From Ginglymostoma cirratum (Eukaryota): a stretch of DNA of 64,000 nt. The notes under the pieces are model-generated. The model ran no database searches. It saw only the letters and a program-made list of their open reading frames with translations, and was not told where the DNA came from. The stretch is taken from positions 2,396,952-2,460,951 of the forward strand of contig JAHRHZ010000059.1 of assembly GCA_024137785.1 (NCBI GenBank), given 5' to 3'. The first letter of the stretch is position 1. The number at the start of each line of letters is the position of its first letter. Of this stretch, positions 1 to 13,109 are shown one piece after another. A program made the position numbers and the translations under genes.

Positions 1-858
1 GCCATCTGCAATCAGACCCCACCACCAAAGACATTTTTCCCTCCCCACCCTTATCTGCCTTCCGGAGGGACCACTCCCTCCACGACTCCCTTGTCCGCTC
101 CACACTCCCCTCCAGCCCCACCACACCCGGCACTTTTCCTTGTAACCGCAGGAAGTGCTACACCTGCCCCCACACCTCCTCCCTCACCCCAATCCCAGGC
201 CCCAAGAAGACTTTCCACATCAGGCAGAGGTTCACCTGCACATCTGCCAATGTGGTATACTGCGTCCGCTGTACCCGTTGTGGCTTCCTCTACATCGGGG
301 AAACCAAGCAGAGGCTTGGGGACCGCTTTGCAGAACACCTGCGCTCAGTTCGCAACAAACAACTGCACCTCCCAGTCGCGAACCATTTCAACTCCCCCTC
401 CCATTCCTCAGATGACATGTCCATCCTGGGCCTCCTGCANNNNNNNNNNNNNNNNNNNNNNNNNNNNNNNNNNNNNNNNNNNNNNNNNNNNNNNNNNNNN
501 NNNNNNNNNNNNNNNNNNNNNNNNNNNNNNNNNNNNNNNTCCCGCCCCCTTGACCTGTCCGTCCTCCCTGGACTGACCTATCTCCTGCCTACCCCCCTAC
601 CTACACTCACCTTTACTGGCTCCATCCCCGCCTCTTCGACTTGTCTGCCTCCTCTCCACCTATCCTCTCCTCTATCCATCCCTCCCCCTCTCTCCCTATT
701 TATTTCAGAACCCTCTTCCCCTCCCCCATTTCTGATGAAGGGTTTAGGCCCGAAACGTCAAGTTTTCCTGCTCCTATGATGCTGCTTGACCTGCTGTGTT
801 CATCCAGCCCCATGCTTTTTATCTTGGATTCTCCAGCATCTGCAGTACCTTTTATCTC
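1..858 (+). mobile_element. Neptune-type Penelope-like retroelement (family A), 3' part: GIY-YIG region, pyrimidine-rich 3' UTR and terminal repeat with tail
   Basis: Translates to VYCVRCTRCGFLYIGETKQRLGDRFAEH (GIY-YIG); near-identical by eye to 19514-20474; interrupted by N gap 440-539. Confidence 0.9.
732..759 (+). ncRNA. Minimal hammerhead-ribozyme-like motif in PLE terminus
   Basis: CTGATGA-A-GGGTTTAGGCCC-GAAA-CGTC: CUGANGA box, stem II hairpin, GAAA box, GUC triplet; stem I is weak. Confidence 0.6.
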
Positions 859-1324
859 TGGATGTTATCATTTCCTGGTCACAAAGGTGGTGTCATTGGG
901 AATTTAAGAATTTAGGGAGCTTAAGAACTCCAGTTCTGGTATGGATGACCATGTTTACTAAGGCAAAGAGGGAATGCTAAAGGTAGTTGAATAACTGATT
1001 AGACCACATTTAGAATATTTTGACTTTGGGCAATAGTGTGAAATGGGTGATCATCAGATCAGTCAACTTCTTTATATTATCATTGGAAGTCAAAACTATT
1101 TTCAGTTCAGGTGCTTTGCTTTGGGAAAGATGTCAAGGCCTGGGTGCAGATGAGAATCTGTCATTCCGAAATCATGAAGGGAGACTAGTGATGTTGGGAT
1201 ATTTTTTATTATGAAAGCAAGTAAGGGTTAAGAGTAGAACTAATTGGCCTATTCAGGATAATAAACAGTTTTGGTAAGGTTAATAAAGTAAAAATACTTT
1301 CATTAATCAGTGAATTTGTTTTCG

Positions 1325-2130
1325 TGACAGGAAGCCAGTGTCCAGCGAGGTTCCACAAGAATCTGTATAGAGGCTCTTGCTGTTTTTGGTTTATACAAAT
1401 GATTTAGACTTGAACAAGGGAGGGTTGGTTAGTAAGATCATGGATGATATAAAAAGTGTTGGGGTGATAATTAGTGACGAGGATAACCTTAGATCACAGA
1501 AGGATATAGATGAGCTGGTCAGATGGGCTGATCTGTAGCAAATGGAATTCAATCTAGATAAGTGTCAGGTGATGCACTTGGGCATGACAGACAAGGCAAG
1601 GAAATACACGATGAACAGAAGGACCCTGTGAAGTCCTGAAGATCAGAGGGATCCTGGTGTGTATGTCTACCTGTCTCTTTAGGTAGCAGGATAGGTGGAT
1701 AAAGTGGTTAAGAAGCCTTATGGTATACTTGCCTTTATTAGTCAAGCCATAAAGTTTAAGAGTGGGAATATTATGCAGGAACTGTATAAGATGTTGGTTA
1801 GGCCACAGCTAGAATATTGCGTACAGTTCTGGAAACCACATTATAGGAGGGATGTGATAGCACTGGAGAGGGTACAGAGGAGATTTACCAGGAAGTTACC
1901 TGGGCTGGAAAGGTTAAGTTATGAAGAGAGATTGGACAGACTGGGGATGCTTTCCTTGGAGCAGTGGAAACTGAGAGGATATACGATTGAGATGTATAAA
2001 ATCATGAAGGACGTTGATAAGGAAGACAGGAAGGAACATTTCCCCTTGCTGGGGAGTTTAATGAACAGAAGGCATAGACTTAAGCAAAAAGCAGTAAGTT
2101 TAGAGTGGATGTAAGGAAAAAAGTTTTTTC
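1325..2130 (+). mobile_element. CR1 LINE, RT C-terminal fragment
   Basis: LYKMLVRPQLEYCVQFWKPHYRRDVIALERVQRRFTR is typical CR1 ORF2 C-terminus. Confidence 0.9.
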
Positions 2131-2149
2131 ACTCAGATGTCTTTTTCTT

Positions 2150-2730
2150 TCTAGATGGAATGGGTTTGGAAGATGCTGTCTAAGGATCTTTGGTGAATTT
2201 CTGCAGTGCACCTTATAGATAGTACAGATTGCTGCTACTGAGTATCATTATGGAGTGACTGAATGCTCGGGGATGTGATGCCAATCAAGCGAGCTCTTTT
2301 GTATCGGATGGTGTCAAGCTTCTTGAGCATTTATTGGAGCTGCACTCAGCGATGCAAGTAGAGGCTGTTCCAGCACAGTTATTATTTATGTTTTGTAGAT
2401 GGTTGACAGGGGAGTTACTCACTGCAATACTCCTAGCCTCTGACCTGTTCTTGTAGCCTAATCTAGTTCAGTTTCTGGTCAATGGCAACACCGAGGATAT
2501 TGATAGTGGCAAATTCAGTGATGGTATCGCTTTTGAAATGTCAAGGTGCAGTGGTTAGATAGCCTTATTGGAGATGGTTATTGCTTGGCATTTATGTGGT
2601 GTGAATGTTACTTGTCCAGGTCTTGATGAATTTGGACATGGATTGCTTCAGTACCTGAGGAATTGCAAATGTTGCTGACCATTGTGCAATCATTGATGAA
2701 CGGCCCACTTCTAACCTTATGATGGAATGG
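2150..2730 (-). mobile_element. CR1-group LINE, second family, fragment
   Basis: Similar by eye to 5190-5560 and 56035-56460. Confidence 0.65.
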
Positions 2731-2869
2731 AGGTACTAATTTTTACTGGTATATACTAAATGGGCTGAATGGCCATTTTCCATATTATAGGCCTCAATGA
2801 CTCTATGACAAGTGTCAGACTATCCTTAAGAGAAAGGAGAGACAGGTTAGGAGAAGTTCATCTTTGGAA

Positions 2870-4925
2870 CACATGGCAAGGTATTTGATAAGGTACCACA
2901 CGTACACTACTAAATAAGATAGGAGCACATGGTATTGAGGATAATTTACTATCATGCATAGAAGATTGGCTAACTAATAGAAGACTATTAGAATTACCTC
3001 AGCTGATACAATTGGATTAAGCAGAGCATTTTCAGTATGGCAACCTCGATGGAGAGCCACAGAGATTGTTGCTGGGGCCACAATTATTTATATTATATAT
3101 TAAGAACTTGAGTGAGGAAGCGAACGGCCTGTTGTCAAAGTGCAGGTAATACAAAAGTAGGCGGGGAGGCAAATAGAGAGGATGACACAAAGAGATATGG
3201 ACCGGTTAGGTGAGTGGGTAAAATCTTCTCTCATGGAATATAAAGTGGGAAAATGTGAGGTTGTACACATCGGCAGGAAGACAAAAGAGCTGAATGTTGC
3301 TCAAACGGAGGAAGATTTCAGAAGGCCACAGCACTGAGGGATTTGAGGGTACTTGTGCATAAATCACACAGAAGCTATCATTCATATCAGCTGGTAATAG
3401 GAAAGGCAAGTGGATTGATCCTTTTTACTTTGAAGGGAATGGAGTACAAAAATTGTCAGAATCATAGAGTTGTATAGCACAGAAACAGACCCTTCAATCC
3501 AACTCATCCATGCTGACCAGATTTCCTAAGTTAATCAAGCCCCATTTGCTAGCATTTGACTCATATCCCTCTAAATGCTTCCTATCATGTATCCATCCAG
3601 ATGCCTTTTAAAAGTTGTAATTCTACCAGCCTCCACCACTTCCACTGGCAGCTCATTCCACACATACATCACCATCTGTGTGAAAAAGTTGCTCCTTCAG
3701 TCCCTTTTAAATCTTTCTCCTCTCACCTTAGACCTACGCCCTCTAGTTATGGACTCCCCTACCTTGGGAAAAAGACCTTGGTTATTCACCTTATCCATGC
3801 CCCTCATGATTTTATAAACCTCTATAAGGTCACCCTTTAATCTCCATTGCACCAGGGAAAAATAGCCCCAGCCTATTCAGCCTCTCCTCATAACTCAAAC
3901 TCTCCAACCCTGCAACATCTTTGTAAATCTTTTCTGAACCCTTTCAGGTTTAACAACATCTCTCCTACAGCAAGGGGACGAGAATTAAACACAGTACTCT
4001 AAAAGTGGCCTAAGCAATATTCTATACAGCTAAAACAGACATTCCAACTCCTATATTCAATCCACTGACAATAAAGGCAAGTGTACCAAATCCCTTCTTC
4101 ACTATCCTGGCTACCTGCGACTCCATCTTCAAGAAACTATGAACCTGCACCCCAAGGCCTCTGTTCGGTAACACTCCCTAGGACCCTACCGTTAAGTGTA
4201 TAAGTTCTGCCCTGATTTGCCTTACCAAAATGCAACACCTCACATTTATCTAGATTAAACTCCATCTGCTGCTCCTCGGCCCTTTGGCCCATCTGATCAA
4301 GGGCCCATTGTACCCTGAGATAATCCTCTATTGTGAAGTTTTGCCGAAAATATGCAAAGCTCTAATCAAATCACACTGAGAGTACTGTGAGCAATTTTGA
4401 TCCCCTTATCTAAGACAAGATATACTGGCATTGGAAGGAGTCAAGAGAATCTTCATTAGGTTGATCCCAGGTATGGAGATTTTTTTTTATGAGGAGAGGT
4501 TAAGTAGGTTGGGTCTGTACTCATTGGAATTTAGATAGAATTGGGAGACAACCTTATTGAAAAGTATAAGATTCATTGACGGCTTCATGTAATAGATGTT
4601 AAGAGGTGTTTTTCCCCTTGTGGGTGAGATATGGGAATATCAGAATATGGGATCACTGAATTTAGACAGAGACAAGGAGAAATTTCTTCTCTCAGAGGTC
4701 AGTGAATCTATGGAATTCTTAATGGCAAAGGCAGTAGAGGCTCAGTTATTGTGTATATTCAAGTCTGAAATCAACAATATTTTTAATCAGCAATGGAATC
4801 AAAAGTTAAGGGGAAAAGGAAGGAAAGAGGAGTTGAGGATTATTAAATCAGCATGTTCCCTCATTGAATGGCAGGACAGACACAATGGGCCAAATAGCCT
4901 ACTTCTGCTTTTACATCTTATGGTC
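2870..4925 (+). mobile_element. CR1 LINE RT fragment split by a nested opposite-strand CR1
   Basis: CR1-like FDKVPH region at 2884 and 3' tail at ~4885-4925; sequence resumes after the insert at ~4335. Confidence 0.75.
3457..4329 (-). mobile_element. CR1 LINE 3' fragment nested in another CR1
   Basis: Reverse-complement CR1 tail (agaatcatagagttgtatagcacagaaacagaccctt) and RT C-terminus; ATTGT at both junctions. Confidence 0.8.
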
Positions 4926-4934
4926 ACACATTTG

Positions 4935-5570
4935 TTTTCTTTTATTCATTCAAGGTATGTGAGCATCGCAGGTTGCTCATCCCTAGTTGCCCTTGAGAAG
5001 GTGGTGGTGGGCTGCCTTTTCTAAAATGCTGTGGTGTACCCCCATAATGATGTAAAGGAGGGAGTTCCAGGATTCTGATCCAGCGACACTGAGAGAACAA
5101 TGATACTTTTCCAAATCAGGTTGGTGAGTGGCTTGGAGGGTAACTTGAAGGTGATGGTGATCCCATTTATTTGTTGCTCTTGTCCTTCTAGATGGTGGCT
5201 GTGGGTTTGGAAGATGTTGTCTAAGGAAAGTTGGTGAATTTCTGCTGTACATTCTGTAAATGGTACGCATTGCTGAGATTGTGCTTGGTGGTAAAGGGAG
5301 TTAATATTTGTGGATGTGGTGACAACTAAGTGGTTGCTTTATTCTGGATGGTGTAAAGCTTCTTGAGTGTTGCAAAGCTGACAATTGGAGAGGATTCTAT
5401 CTCATTCTTGACCTGAGCCTTGAATTTGGTGGACAGGCTTTGGGGAGTCAGGTGGTGAGTTACAAACTGCAGTATTCCTAGCCTTTGACCCGCTCTTGCA
5501 GCTATTGTATTTGTGTGACTTGTCCACTTCAATTTCTGGTCAATAGTAGCCCCCAGAATGTTGTTGGCCC
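4935..5570 (-). mobile_element. CR1-group LINE, second family, 3' end
   Basis: Minus-strand WTSHTNTIAARAGQRLGILQ..HHLTPQSLSTKFKAQV; tail ending ...gaatgaataaa. Confidence 0.75.
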
Positions 5571-6231
5571 CAAAAGAAATGGGTTGTGGATAGAAAAGTC
5601 ACAACAACTTTAAAAAATAAGGGAGATAAATATTTGAAGAATTGAAATTGGCAGACTACAAGCAGGGGGATGGGACTAGGCTGGCAACCAGTGCAGGCTG
5701 AATAGGTTTAATGGGCCTCCCGCTGTGGTACCAAATTCTAAACAATTATATTTTCTCATACATTCTGTTAGTGTGCAGCAATCCACAACTCCCCACTGAA
5801 CATGTTTAGAGAAGATCCAGTTGTTTTTCTCATCTTATCACCTCTTGCCTTCTCTTTGATATTTCTGTGAGCCATCCACATTACACTGGATAAGAGAATG
5901 GCAGGCTGCTCACTAAAATTCTTTAAACTGTGGTGGAACTTTGATCCCGCATTACTCAGTGCCTAGCATCACATCTACCTCATTCTCTAACTGTACTAGC
6001 TGAAAGCAGTCTTGTTGCCGAGGTTGATTTTCCAGCCAAAAGAATCTCTCTTGGCATGAAGTGCAATTGGATTTGTGTTATTGATCTCTGATTGGATAAA
6101 CAGTAATAGAAAATCACCCCTAAAGCAGAAGCAAGGTCTAGAGATGGCAATATCTGTTCTAAATTCTCATTAATTTTCCCTCTGCAAAAGACAAAAACAT
6201 ATATGGTTCTCTTTGGGAAGAATCCCCAATT

Positions 6232-7035
6232 AGAGTCGTAGAATTTTACAGTCTTGAAAAGAGGCTTTTCAGCCCATTGTGTCCATACTTGACATCAAAC
6301 ATACATCCATTCTTATGCTATTTTCACAGCAGCTGGCACATAGCCTTGTATGCTATGGCATTTCAAGTGTTTAACTAAACACTTTTTTTAATGTTTTGAA
6401 GGTTTCCACCTTTGCCACACTTTTAGGCAGTGAGGCCCAGATACACAAAACCCTCTGGGTGACATTTTTTCCCTCAAATCCCTTCTAAACGCTTTGCTTC
6501 TTACCTTAAAATTGTGTCCACTGGTTATCGAGTCCTCTACTAAGGGAAAGATTTCTCCTCAATTACCCTGTCTATGCTCCTCATAACTTTGTCTACTTCA
6601 ATCAGTTGCCCCCTCAGCATTTGCTGCTCCAAGGAAAACAACCCCAGCCTATCTATTTTCCCTTCATCACTGAATTATTCCAGACAAGCAAACATTCTGG
6701 TGAATCTTTTCTGCACTGTCTCCTGTGCAACCACATCTTTCTAATAGTGTGAAAACCGGAACTGCACACAGTACTCCAGCTGTGTCCGAAGCAACATTAT
6801 AAACAGCTCCATCGCAACTTCCTTGCTTTTGTATTCAATGCCTTGACTAATAAATGCAAGTATCCTGCATGCCTTCTGAACTAGCTTATCAGACTGCCCT
6901 GTTGCCTACAATGATCTGTTGACATATGCACCAAGGTCCCTTTGATTCTCTATACATCCAAGGCTGCTACCATTCAGCATGTCTCGTCTTGTTAGTTCTC
7001 CCAAAATGCATCACCTCTCACTTTTCAGGATTAAA
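6232..7035 (-). mobile_element. CR1 LINE 3' fragment
   Basis: Reverse-complement CR1 tail and LEYCVQF motif (gaactgcacacagtactccagc). Confidence 0.8.
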
Positions 7036-7198
7036 TTTGTTTCTTAGCTAAGTTGAACCATTTAGGGTGCCTTCTCTCACAGGATTGTGGTGGATGTTGG
7101 TTACACAGTTCCTTTTACTGGGGAGTCTAAACTGTAGATCATTCTAGGAGATGATTTGTTTGCATCACCAGGGCTTGATAAGCAAAGTATTTGGTTTT

Positions 7199-8073
7199 TA
7201 AGGTTTTTGAGTAGTTTTGTAGCTCGGGTTGTGGATGTTATGGTTGATTGGCTCACTGAGCTGCTTCGTTGTTTCAACAGCAACCACCCTAACACTCACA
7301 AATGAAGTTGCATGAAAACTCTATTTAAACGGGCAGCAACACACTGCAGCAACACAGAACTACGTCAAAAAGAAGCGTACCTCCTCCAAGTATTCAAGGA
7401 TAACAGATACCAGCAAAATTGGGTCAAAAGATGCCTATTACACGAAAAAAACCAGGAACTGCACGCCCCGACACACTCATCACGCTACCTTACATCAGGA
7501 ACACATCTGAACTGACCACGAGACTCCTATGACTACTGGGCACCAGAGTAGCACACTAACCTACATCAACCACATGCCAACTGCTAACCCGAACCAAAGA
7601 CCCTCTACCCACTATGGACAGGACCAACATAATATACAAGATTCCCTGCAAAGACTGCAACAAACATTACATTGGACAGACAGGAAGAAAATTAGCCACA
7701 AGAGAACACGAACATCAAATAGCAACAAAAAGACATGACCAATACACACTCATCTCCATCCACATGGATAAGGAAAACCACCAGTTTGATTGGGACAACA
7801 CCGGGATCCTGGGACAGCCAAACACGGACAAGCACAGGAATTCCTTGAGGCCTGGGTCTCCACAAGGAAAGCCATCAATAAACACATAGAGCTAGACCCT
7901 ATATATACACTCCACTGTGAAGGAAAACCGGAAGTGAAGTAACCCAACTCAATGGACACCAGAGTTTAAATAACAGGTGGAAAATACAACAGCGCTTCAT
8001 TGGAGGCTGCACTCTTGCTTTTACCCAGCAGGGTAATGAAACGTCTGGGGAACAATGAGACAACCTACCACAA
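7199..8073 (+). mobile_element. Poseidon-type Penelope-like element, 5'-truncated, with inverted 5' terminal arm
   Basis: KTLFKRAATHCS (RT thumb) and NIIYKIPCKDCNKHYIGQTGR (GIY-YIG), frameshifted; 7199-7275 is an inverted terminus; TSD 7183-7198 / 8074-8089 (14/16). Confidence 0.85.
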
Positions 8074-8944
8074 CAAAGTACTTGGCTTTGTCCTGTCAGA
8101 TTTAAACATTTCCAGATTTACAAACAGAGGGCATTGCAGTGACATGATAGCATTATTGATCATACGTGTCTTGAATTTTTCACTCTGCTGGCAGGAAAAC
8201 CAGTAATAAAGAATGAATTGCATTGAGAACTTTGCATCACAACAAATTTAATACATGCCACAATACAAATGTATCTCCAGTGAACAAAACTTTGTTGTTA
8301 TAGTACCAAGTGTCTTGCCAGTCTGAAAACCGTAGCATAAGGAGTTAAGCCTGACTGTGTGATATGCTAATGAAACAGTGTACATCATTACTGAAAATGT
8401 CACAAGATCTTGCTTTCTCCTGCGGCTTTGTGACAAGATGAAGCCACAGTAAGACGTTTCTCAAATAAAGTTAATGTTTATCTTTCCTCAGTGGACTCTG
8501 GAAATACTCTTTAGAAGCACAATGAGACCAAGAATAACAGACAAAACTACTCATGTGATTAATAACTTGCCTTTCAGACATTTCCTTTTGAGATAATGAT
8601 TACAGCGCACAGTATAGCTGTATAAAACAAACTGCATGAGACAAATTGAATACATCAGATCTGAAGAAAAGCAACATATTTGTAAATGTACATTCATGCT
8701 CATTTAATGCTACAGTAGTGAGAGGGAAGAGAGATTATTTTGGACCATTCATTTGTGGAGCACAGGTCTGAATAGTTTTAAGTAAGATTTAGTTACTTTG
8801 TTCTAGCTAGCTTCACTTGTATTGTTATTTGTTCACCAACTTTTTACAGCTTTCTAATCTTTACACATGTTTCACAATATATTAAAGTTACTCTTCCCAT
8901 TTTCTACCAGGCTAATAGGATTGTCATCAAATTATTAATTATAA

Positions 8945-9361
8945 GAATTCCTACAGTGTGGAAACAAGCCCTTTGGCCCAACAGGTCCCACCAACCCTTG
9001 GAACATCCCACCCAGACCCATCCCTTTATAACCCACCTAAGCTACACATTCCTACAGTGTGGAAACAAGCCCTTTGGCCCAACAGGTCCCACCAACTCTT
9101 GGAACATCCCACCCAGACCCATCCCTTTATAACTCACCTAAGCTACACATTCCTGAACACTACAGACAATTTAACATGGCCAATCTGCCTAACCTGCACA
9201 TCTTTGGACTGTGGGAGGAAACTGGAGCACCCAGAGGAAAACCAGACAGACACAGGGAGAATGTGCAAACTCCACACAGATAGTCACCTGGGGATGGAAT
9301 TGAACCCAGGTCCCTGGTGCTGTGAGGCAGCAGTGCTAACCGCTGGAGCACTGTGCCACCC
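8945..9361 (-). mobile_element. HE1-type tRNA-derived V-SINE with 101-bp tandem duplication of its 3' part
   Basis: A/B-box head, V-domain (tgtgtggagtttgcacattctccc), CR1-type tail; repeat units 8947-9047 and 9048-9148. Confidence 0.88.
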
Positions 9362-9764
9362 ACTGGTAATTGTCTATTATCATCGAGAAATACCCACACA
9401 CTATCTTGTTATGTCCATAAACACACAAAGTGTTAGCGTATACCATTTGTTTGTGACATTATTGAGATAAACCAAAACTAAGTGTGTCTGCTTTCCTTAA
9501 AAATAATACTTTCTGAATATTCTTCAATTTAAAAGGTGCCCTTTTAAATATTTAACAACAGCAGATTCAGATGTTTGGCATTTGAGCATTTAACATGATG
9601 TCATTTTGCCCAAGAGGCCCAGACATGTGCAAAAGAACAGTGAGAGGGAGCAGCCACATGTCAGAAGCCAATTATTGAAGGGTTGAACATTCAACAGCAA
9701 CACAGATCAAATATCCAACTACAGGGAATTCCTCTTCACAGCCAACTCATTAACCTGTTAAAAC

Positions 9765-10170
9765 TTGGCTCAGTGATAGCACTTTGTCCCTCAGTTAGAT
9801 TGTTTTAAGTTTAAACCTCAGAATTAAAGTAGATTTCTATGCTGATATATAGATTAGCTTTGATGGAATGCTGCATTGTCAGATGTATTTCCTTTTGGAT
9901 GAAGTGTTTAATGAAGGCCCTACTGCTGATCACTTGAATATAAAATATCTCTGGAGATGTTTTAATAAAGCAGATGGTGTTTCTCAGTGTCCTGATTCAT
10001 ATGCCCCACTAACACAGCAAAACAGTTTAACTTTACCTTCATGAAACTGCTTTATGTGCAACCTTGTGTAGGAGATGACTGACACTTTTTCAATGATAAC
10101 TGCACTGGCTGCACTTTGGAAAGTAACTCATTGGGTATAAAGAATTCAATCCTTCTGAGGATTTATGTGT
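9765..10170 (+). mobile_element. Old Deu-domain SINE (SacSINE1-like)
   Basis: tRNA-like head ggctcagtgatagcact; degenerate Deu core (tgctgcattgtcagatg...ttttggatgaagtgtttaatgaaggccc). Confidence 0.55.
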
Positions 10171-10629
10171 CTATGAGAAAGAACAGGATAGTAATAGGAA
10201 AAAGGGAAAAGAAAGATCATTTCTGTTTTCCCACTTCAACATTATGTTACTCTGATAAACATGTAGAGATAGATGTTTTCACCTATTCTTTTTCTCAAAA
10301 TTTGTGTCGTAGTACATACTGTTTTGTGTGGGAATTTTTCTGTGCTTATTCCAACATGATATGGCATTACATCAGCTTTAAATAGTTTTTTTATTAACGT
10401 GATGTGTTTGCCGTTCGTTCCTGTGAGAACACTCCACCCATGGGCAGATTTACTTCCAGCAGACAGTAACAGGATCAACATGGAGTTATGGTTGAACTGA
10501 TGAATAAACCTGAAATCTTAGCTTTGTTTCTCTCCGTAGATGCTTCGAGAACAACCTAGCATTTTCAACAGTTTGTGTTTTTATTTCACATTTCCAACAT
10601 CCATAGCACAGTAATTTGATTTTGTTGTA

Positions 10630-11085
10630 GAAAAAAAGAGACTTTTCAAGTTGTCACAAAGTGCTTTACAGCTAATGAATTTCAATTGTACTATGTTCAC
10701 TGTTGTGATGTTGGAAACATGTGAGCCAATTTGTACACAGCAAGCTTCCACAATCCTCAACATGATAATAACCAATTAAACTGAATTTTGCATAATTCGA
10801 TACTTTTTAAAGTACTGTGATTTAATAATGTAAATTTGAGGTATATATATTGATCATGACTTTGGGGATAATGCCCTGCTCTTCTATGAAATAGTGCCAT
10901 AGAGTCTTTTTTGTAGATGCACCTGAGACAGCAGATGGGATCATCATTTAATGTCAACAAAAAAAATGGTGCTACTATCCCTCGGTACTACTACACTGTC
11001 ATCCTAAATGTTTGTGCTCTAGAGTGATGCTAAGAACCCAAATCCTGTTGAATCCAAGATGAAAGTACTACCAACTGAACTGCTC
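10630..11085 (-). mobile_element. Old Deu-domain SINE
   Basis: Reverse complement of Deu core (tgccctgctcttctatgaaatagtgccat). Confidence 0.55.
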
Positions 11086-11309
11086 CGATATTTTTAGAAA
11101 AGCTACATTTGTTTTACTAGTGTTCTTTGAACACTATCACAGGAGAGTGCTCTTGGAATAGTCACTGTTGGTAGATGTATCTTATCAATTTTGCATACTT
11201 AAACAACGGCTAAATCAGAATTAAATAAGATCATGGTGATATGGCTCAGAAAAACAGTGTCACTGAAAATGAAATGAGTAAAATTCAGGAATAGAAAATT
11301 CTGAAATAT

Positions 11310-11452
11310 AAACTTTAAAATATTGGAAATACTGAGCAGGTCAGGCAGCCTCTGTGAAAAGGAACAGGGTTAACTAATTCTGATGACAGGTCTTCAACCT
11401 GAAATGATTCCGTGTAATTCTTCCTAAAAATTCTGTCTGACTCCCTGAATAC
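11310..11452. mobile_element. Old PLE-terminus mini-element with hammerhead-like core
   Basis: CTGATGA-C-AGGT-CTTCA-ACCT-GAAA at 11380-11404; left arm resembles family B (gaaatactgagcaggtcaggcagc). Confidence 0.5.
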
Positions 11453-11731
11453 AGATTTGAAGATTAACCAAAATGAGGTAATGAGAGTCACATTTCAAAC
11501 TGATTGTAAATCCATGTCAATTGAGCAGATCTTACCTTGTCTCTGAAGCCCTTCAATGCTATCAAAGAATCAATGTAGGCATTTAACTAGGAGTTGTGGA
11601 AGATACAATTCCACAGGTACAGAACAGCTTCAGGTCTCCGCTTAAAGCAGTAATAGCTGGAAGTCAGAACTTTCCTTTATGCAATGGCCCCATTGTCAAA
11701 GAGATTCTTAACAAGCTAGGTGTTGACGCAG

Positions 11732-11893
11732 AGATAGTAGGAACTGGCGATGCAGGAGAATTTGAGATAACAAGGTGTAAAGCTGGATGAACACAGCAGG
11801 CCAAGCAGCATCAGGAGAGCAGGACATCGGCTTTCCTGCTCCTCTGATGCTGCGTGGCCTGCTGTGTTCATCCAGCTCTACACCTTGTTATCT
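11732..11893. mobile_element. Fold-back PLE-terminus mini-element, family A
   Basis: Inverted arms of the family A terminus; TSD taggtgttgacgcag 11717-11731 / taggtattgatgcag 11894-11908. Confidence 0.85.
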
Positions 11894-11949
11894 TAGGTAT
11901 TGATGCAGCTCAGCAGGTCTTCAGTCAGCTCTAGCAGCCTTCAAAGTTT

Positions 11950-12984
11950 ACGTAATGATGAAGGCTAAGACCAACAAGTGCAGAGAGTCTGGACAGCAAG
12001 GGATATACAGGATTGGATTGGAAAGATAAAGACGTTTATGGTCGATACCAAAGGCTAAAACAGTGGACATTCTAGAGGAGTACAGAAAGTGCAGGGGTTT
12101 GCTTAAACAATGAATTAGGAGAGTGAAGAGGGAACATGAAAAATACTGGCAGGTCATATTCTCGATAATCCAAAAGCATTTTCTTTGAATATAAATAGCG
12201 TGCAAAGATATGGAGAAAAAGCAGAAGATTGGCACTGGGTAATGATGCTCTTTGAAGTGCCAGTGCAGGCATGATAAGTCAAATGGCCTCCTTCTGCACC
12301 TTAACAATTCTGTGATGAGTGACCAAAGTGGCAATCTGTATGTTGAGCCAAAAAACGTAGCTGGGGTTTTAAATGTGTGCTTAGCATTTATATCCACTGT
12401 AGAGAGGGTGTTGTAAGTATGGAAATCAGAGAGTGACACTTTGATATGTTTGAATAGATTAGCTTTGAGAGAGAGGAGGTTTTAGTGGACTTGAAAGTGG
12501 ACAAACCTCTAGGCCCAGCTGCTGTAGGAAGCAAGGATTACAGGTGCTCTGACAGCAATTTTCAATTCCTTTCTCTCAACAGCAGGGGTGCCAGAGGAGT
12601 ACAGGACAGATAATGTGCTACCATTATTCAAGAAGGTGGAAGGAATAAACCAGGAAACTACATGCCACTGCATCTAATATCAGTGGAAGGGAAAATATTG
12701 TTAAAAAAAATTTGAGTGGCAGAATGAATCTCCACTTGGAGGGGCAAAGACTGATCAAGAGTAGCCAGCATGGTTTTGTAATGTGGAGATCATGTCTTAT
12801 AAATTTGATTCAATTTTTGGAGGACTAGGTACGTAGTTGTGGATAGTATAGTTGATGCAGTCTATATTGGCTTCTGCAAGGCTTTTGACCAGATCCTATG
12901 TCATACAATGGTTACAATGGTTAAAATGCTAAGAGCCCATGGAATCAGGCTTTTTGGCAGATAGGCTTAGTGGTAAGAAGAAGA
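11950..12984 (+). mobile_element. CR1 LINE, upstream-RT part (left piece of an inversion-split element)
   Basis: Degenerate CR1 motifs PLFKK, PGNY.P..L.SV.GK, QHGF and KAFD. Confidence 0.8.
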
Positions 12985-13109
12985 AGTGCAACAATGCCCA
13001 CTCATTTCAATTGAATATTTATTCATTCATTGCCTACATGTCCTGCAGAGTTTGAAACATTGGAATGAATTGATAAAAACTATTTGTTAGGCACTTATTT
13101 TCCTCTAGT

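Noticed and set aside
8947-9154. Direct repeats as a CRISPR-like array
   Set aside because: Two adjacent units without spacers inside a eukaryotic SINE
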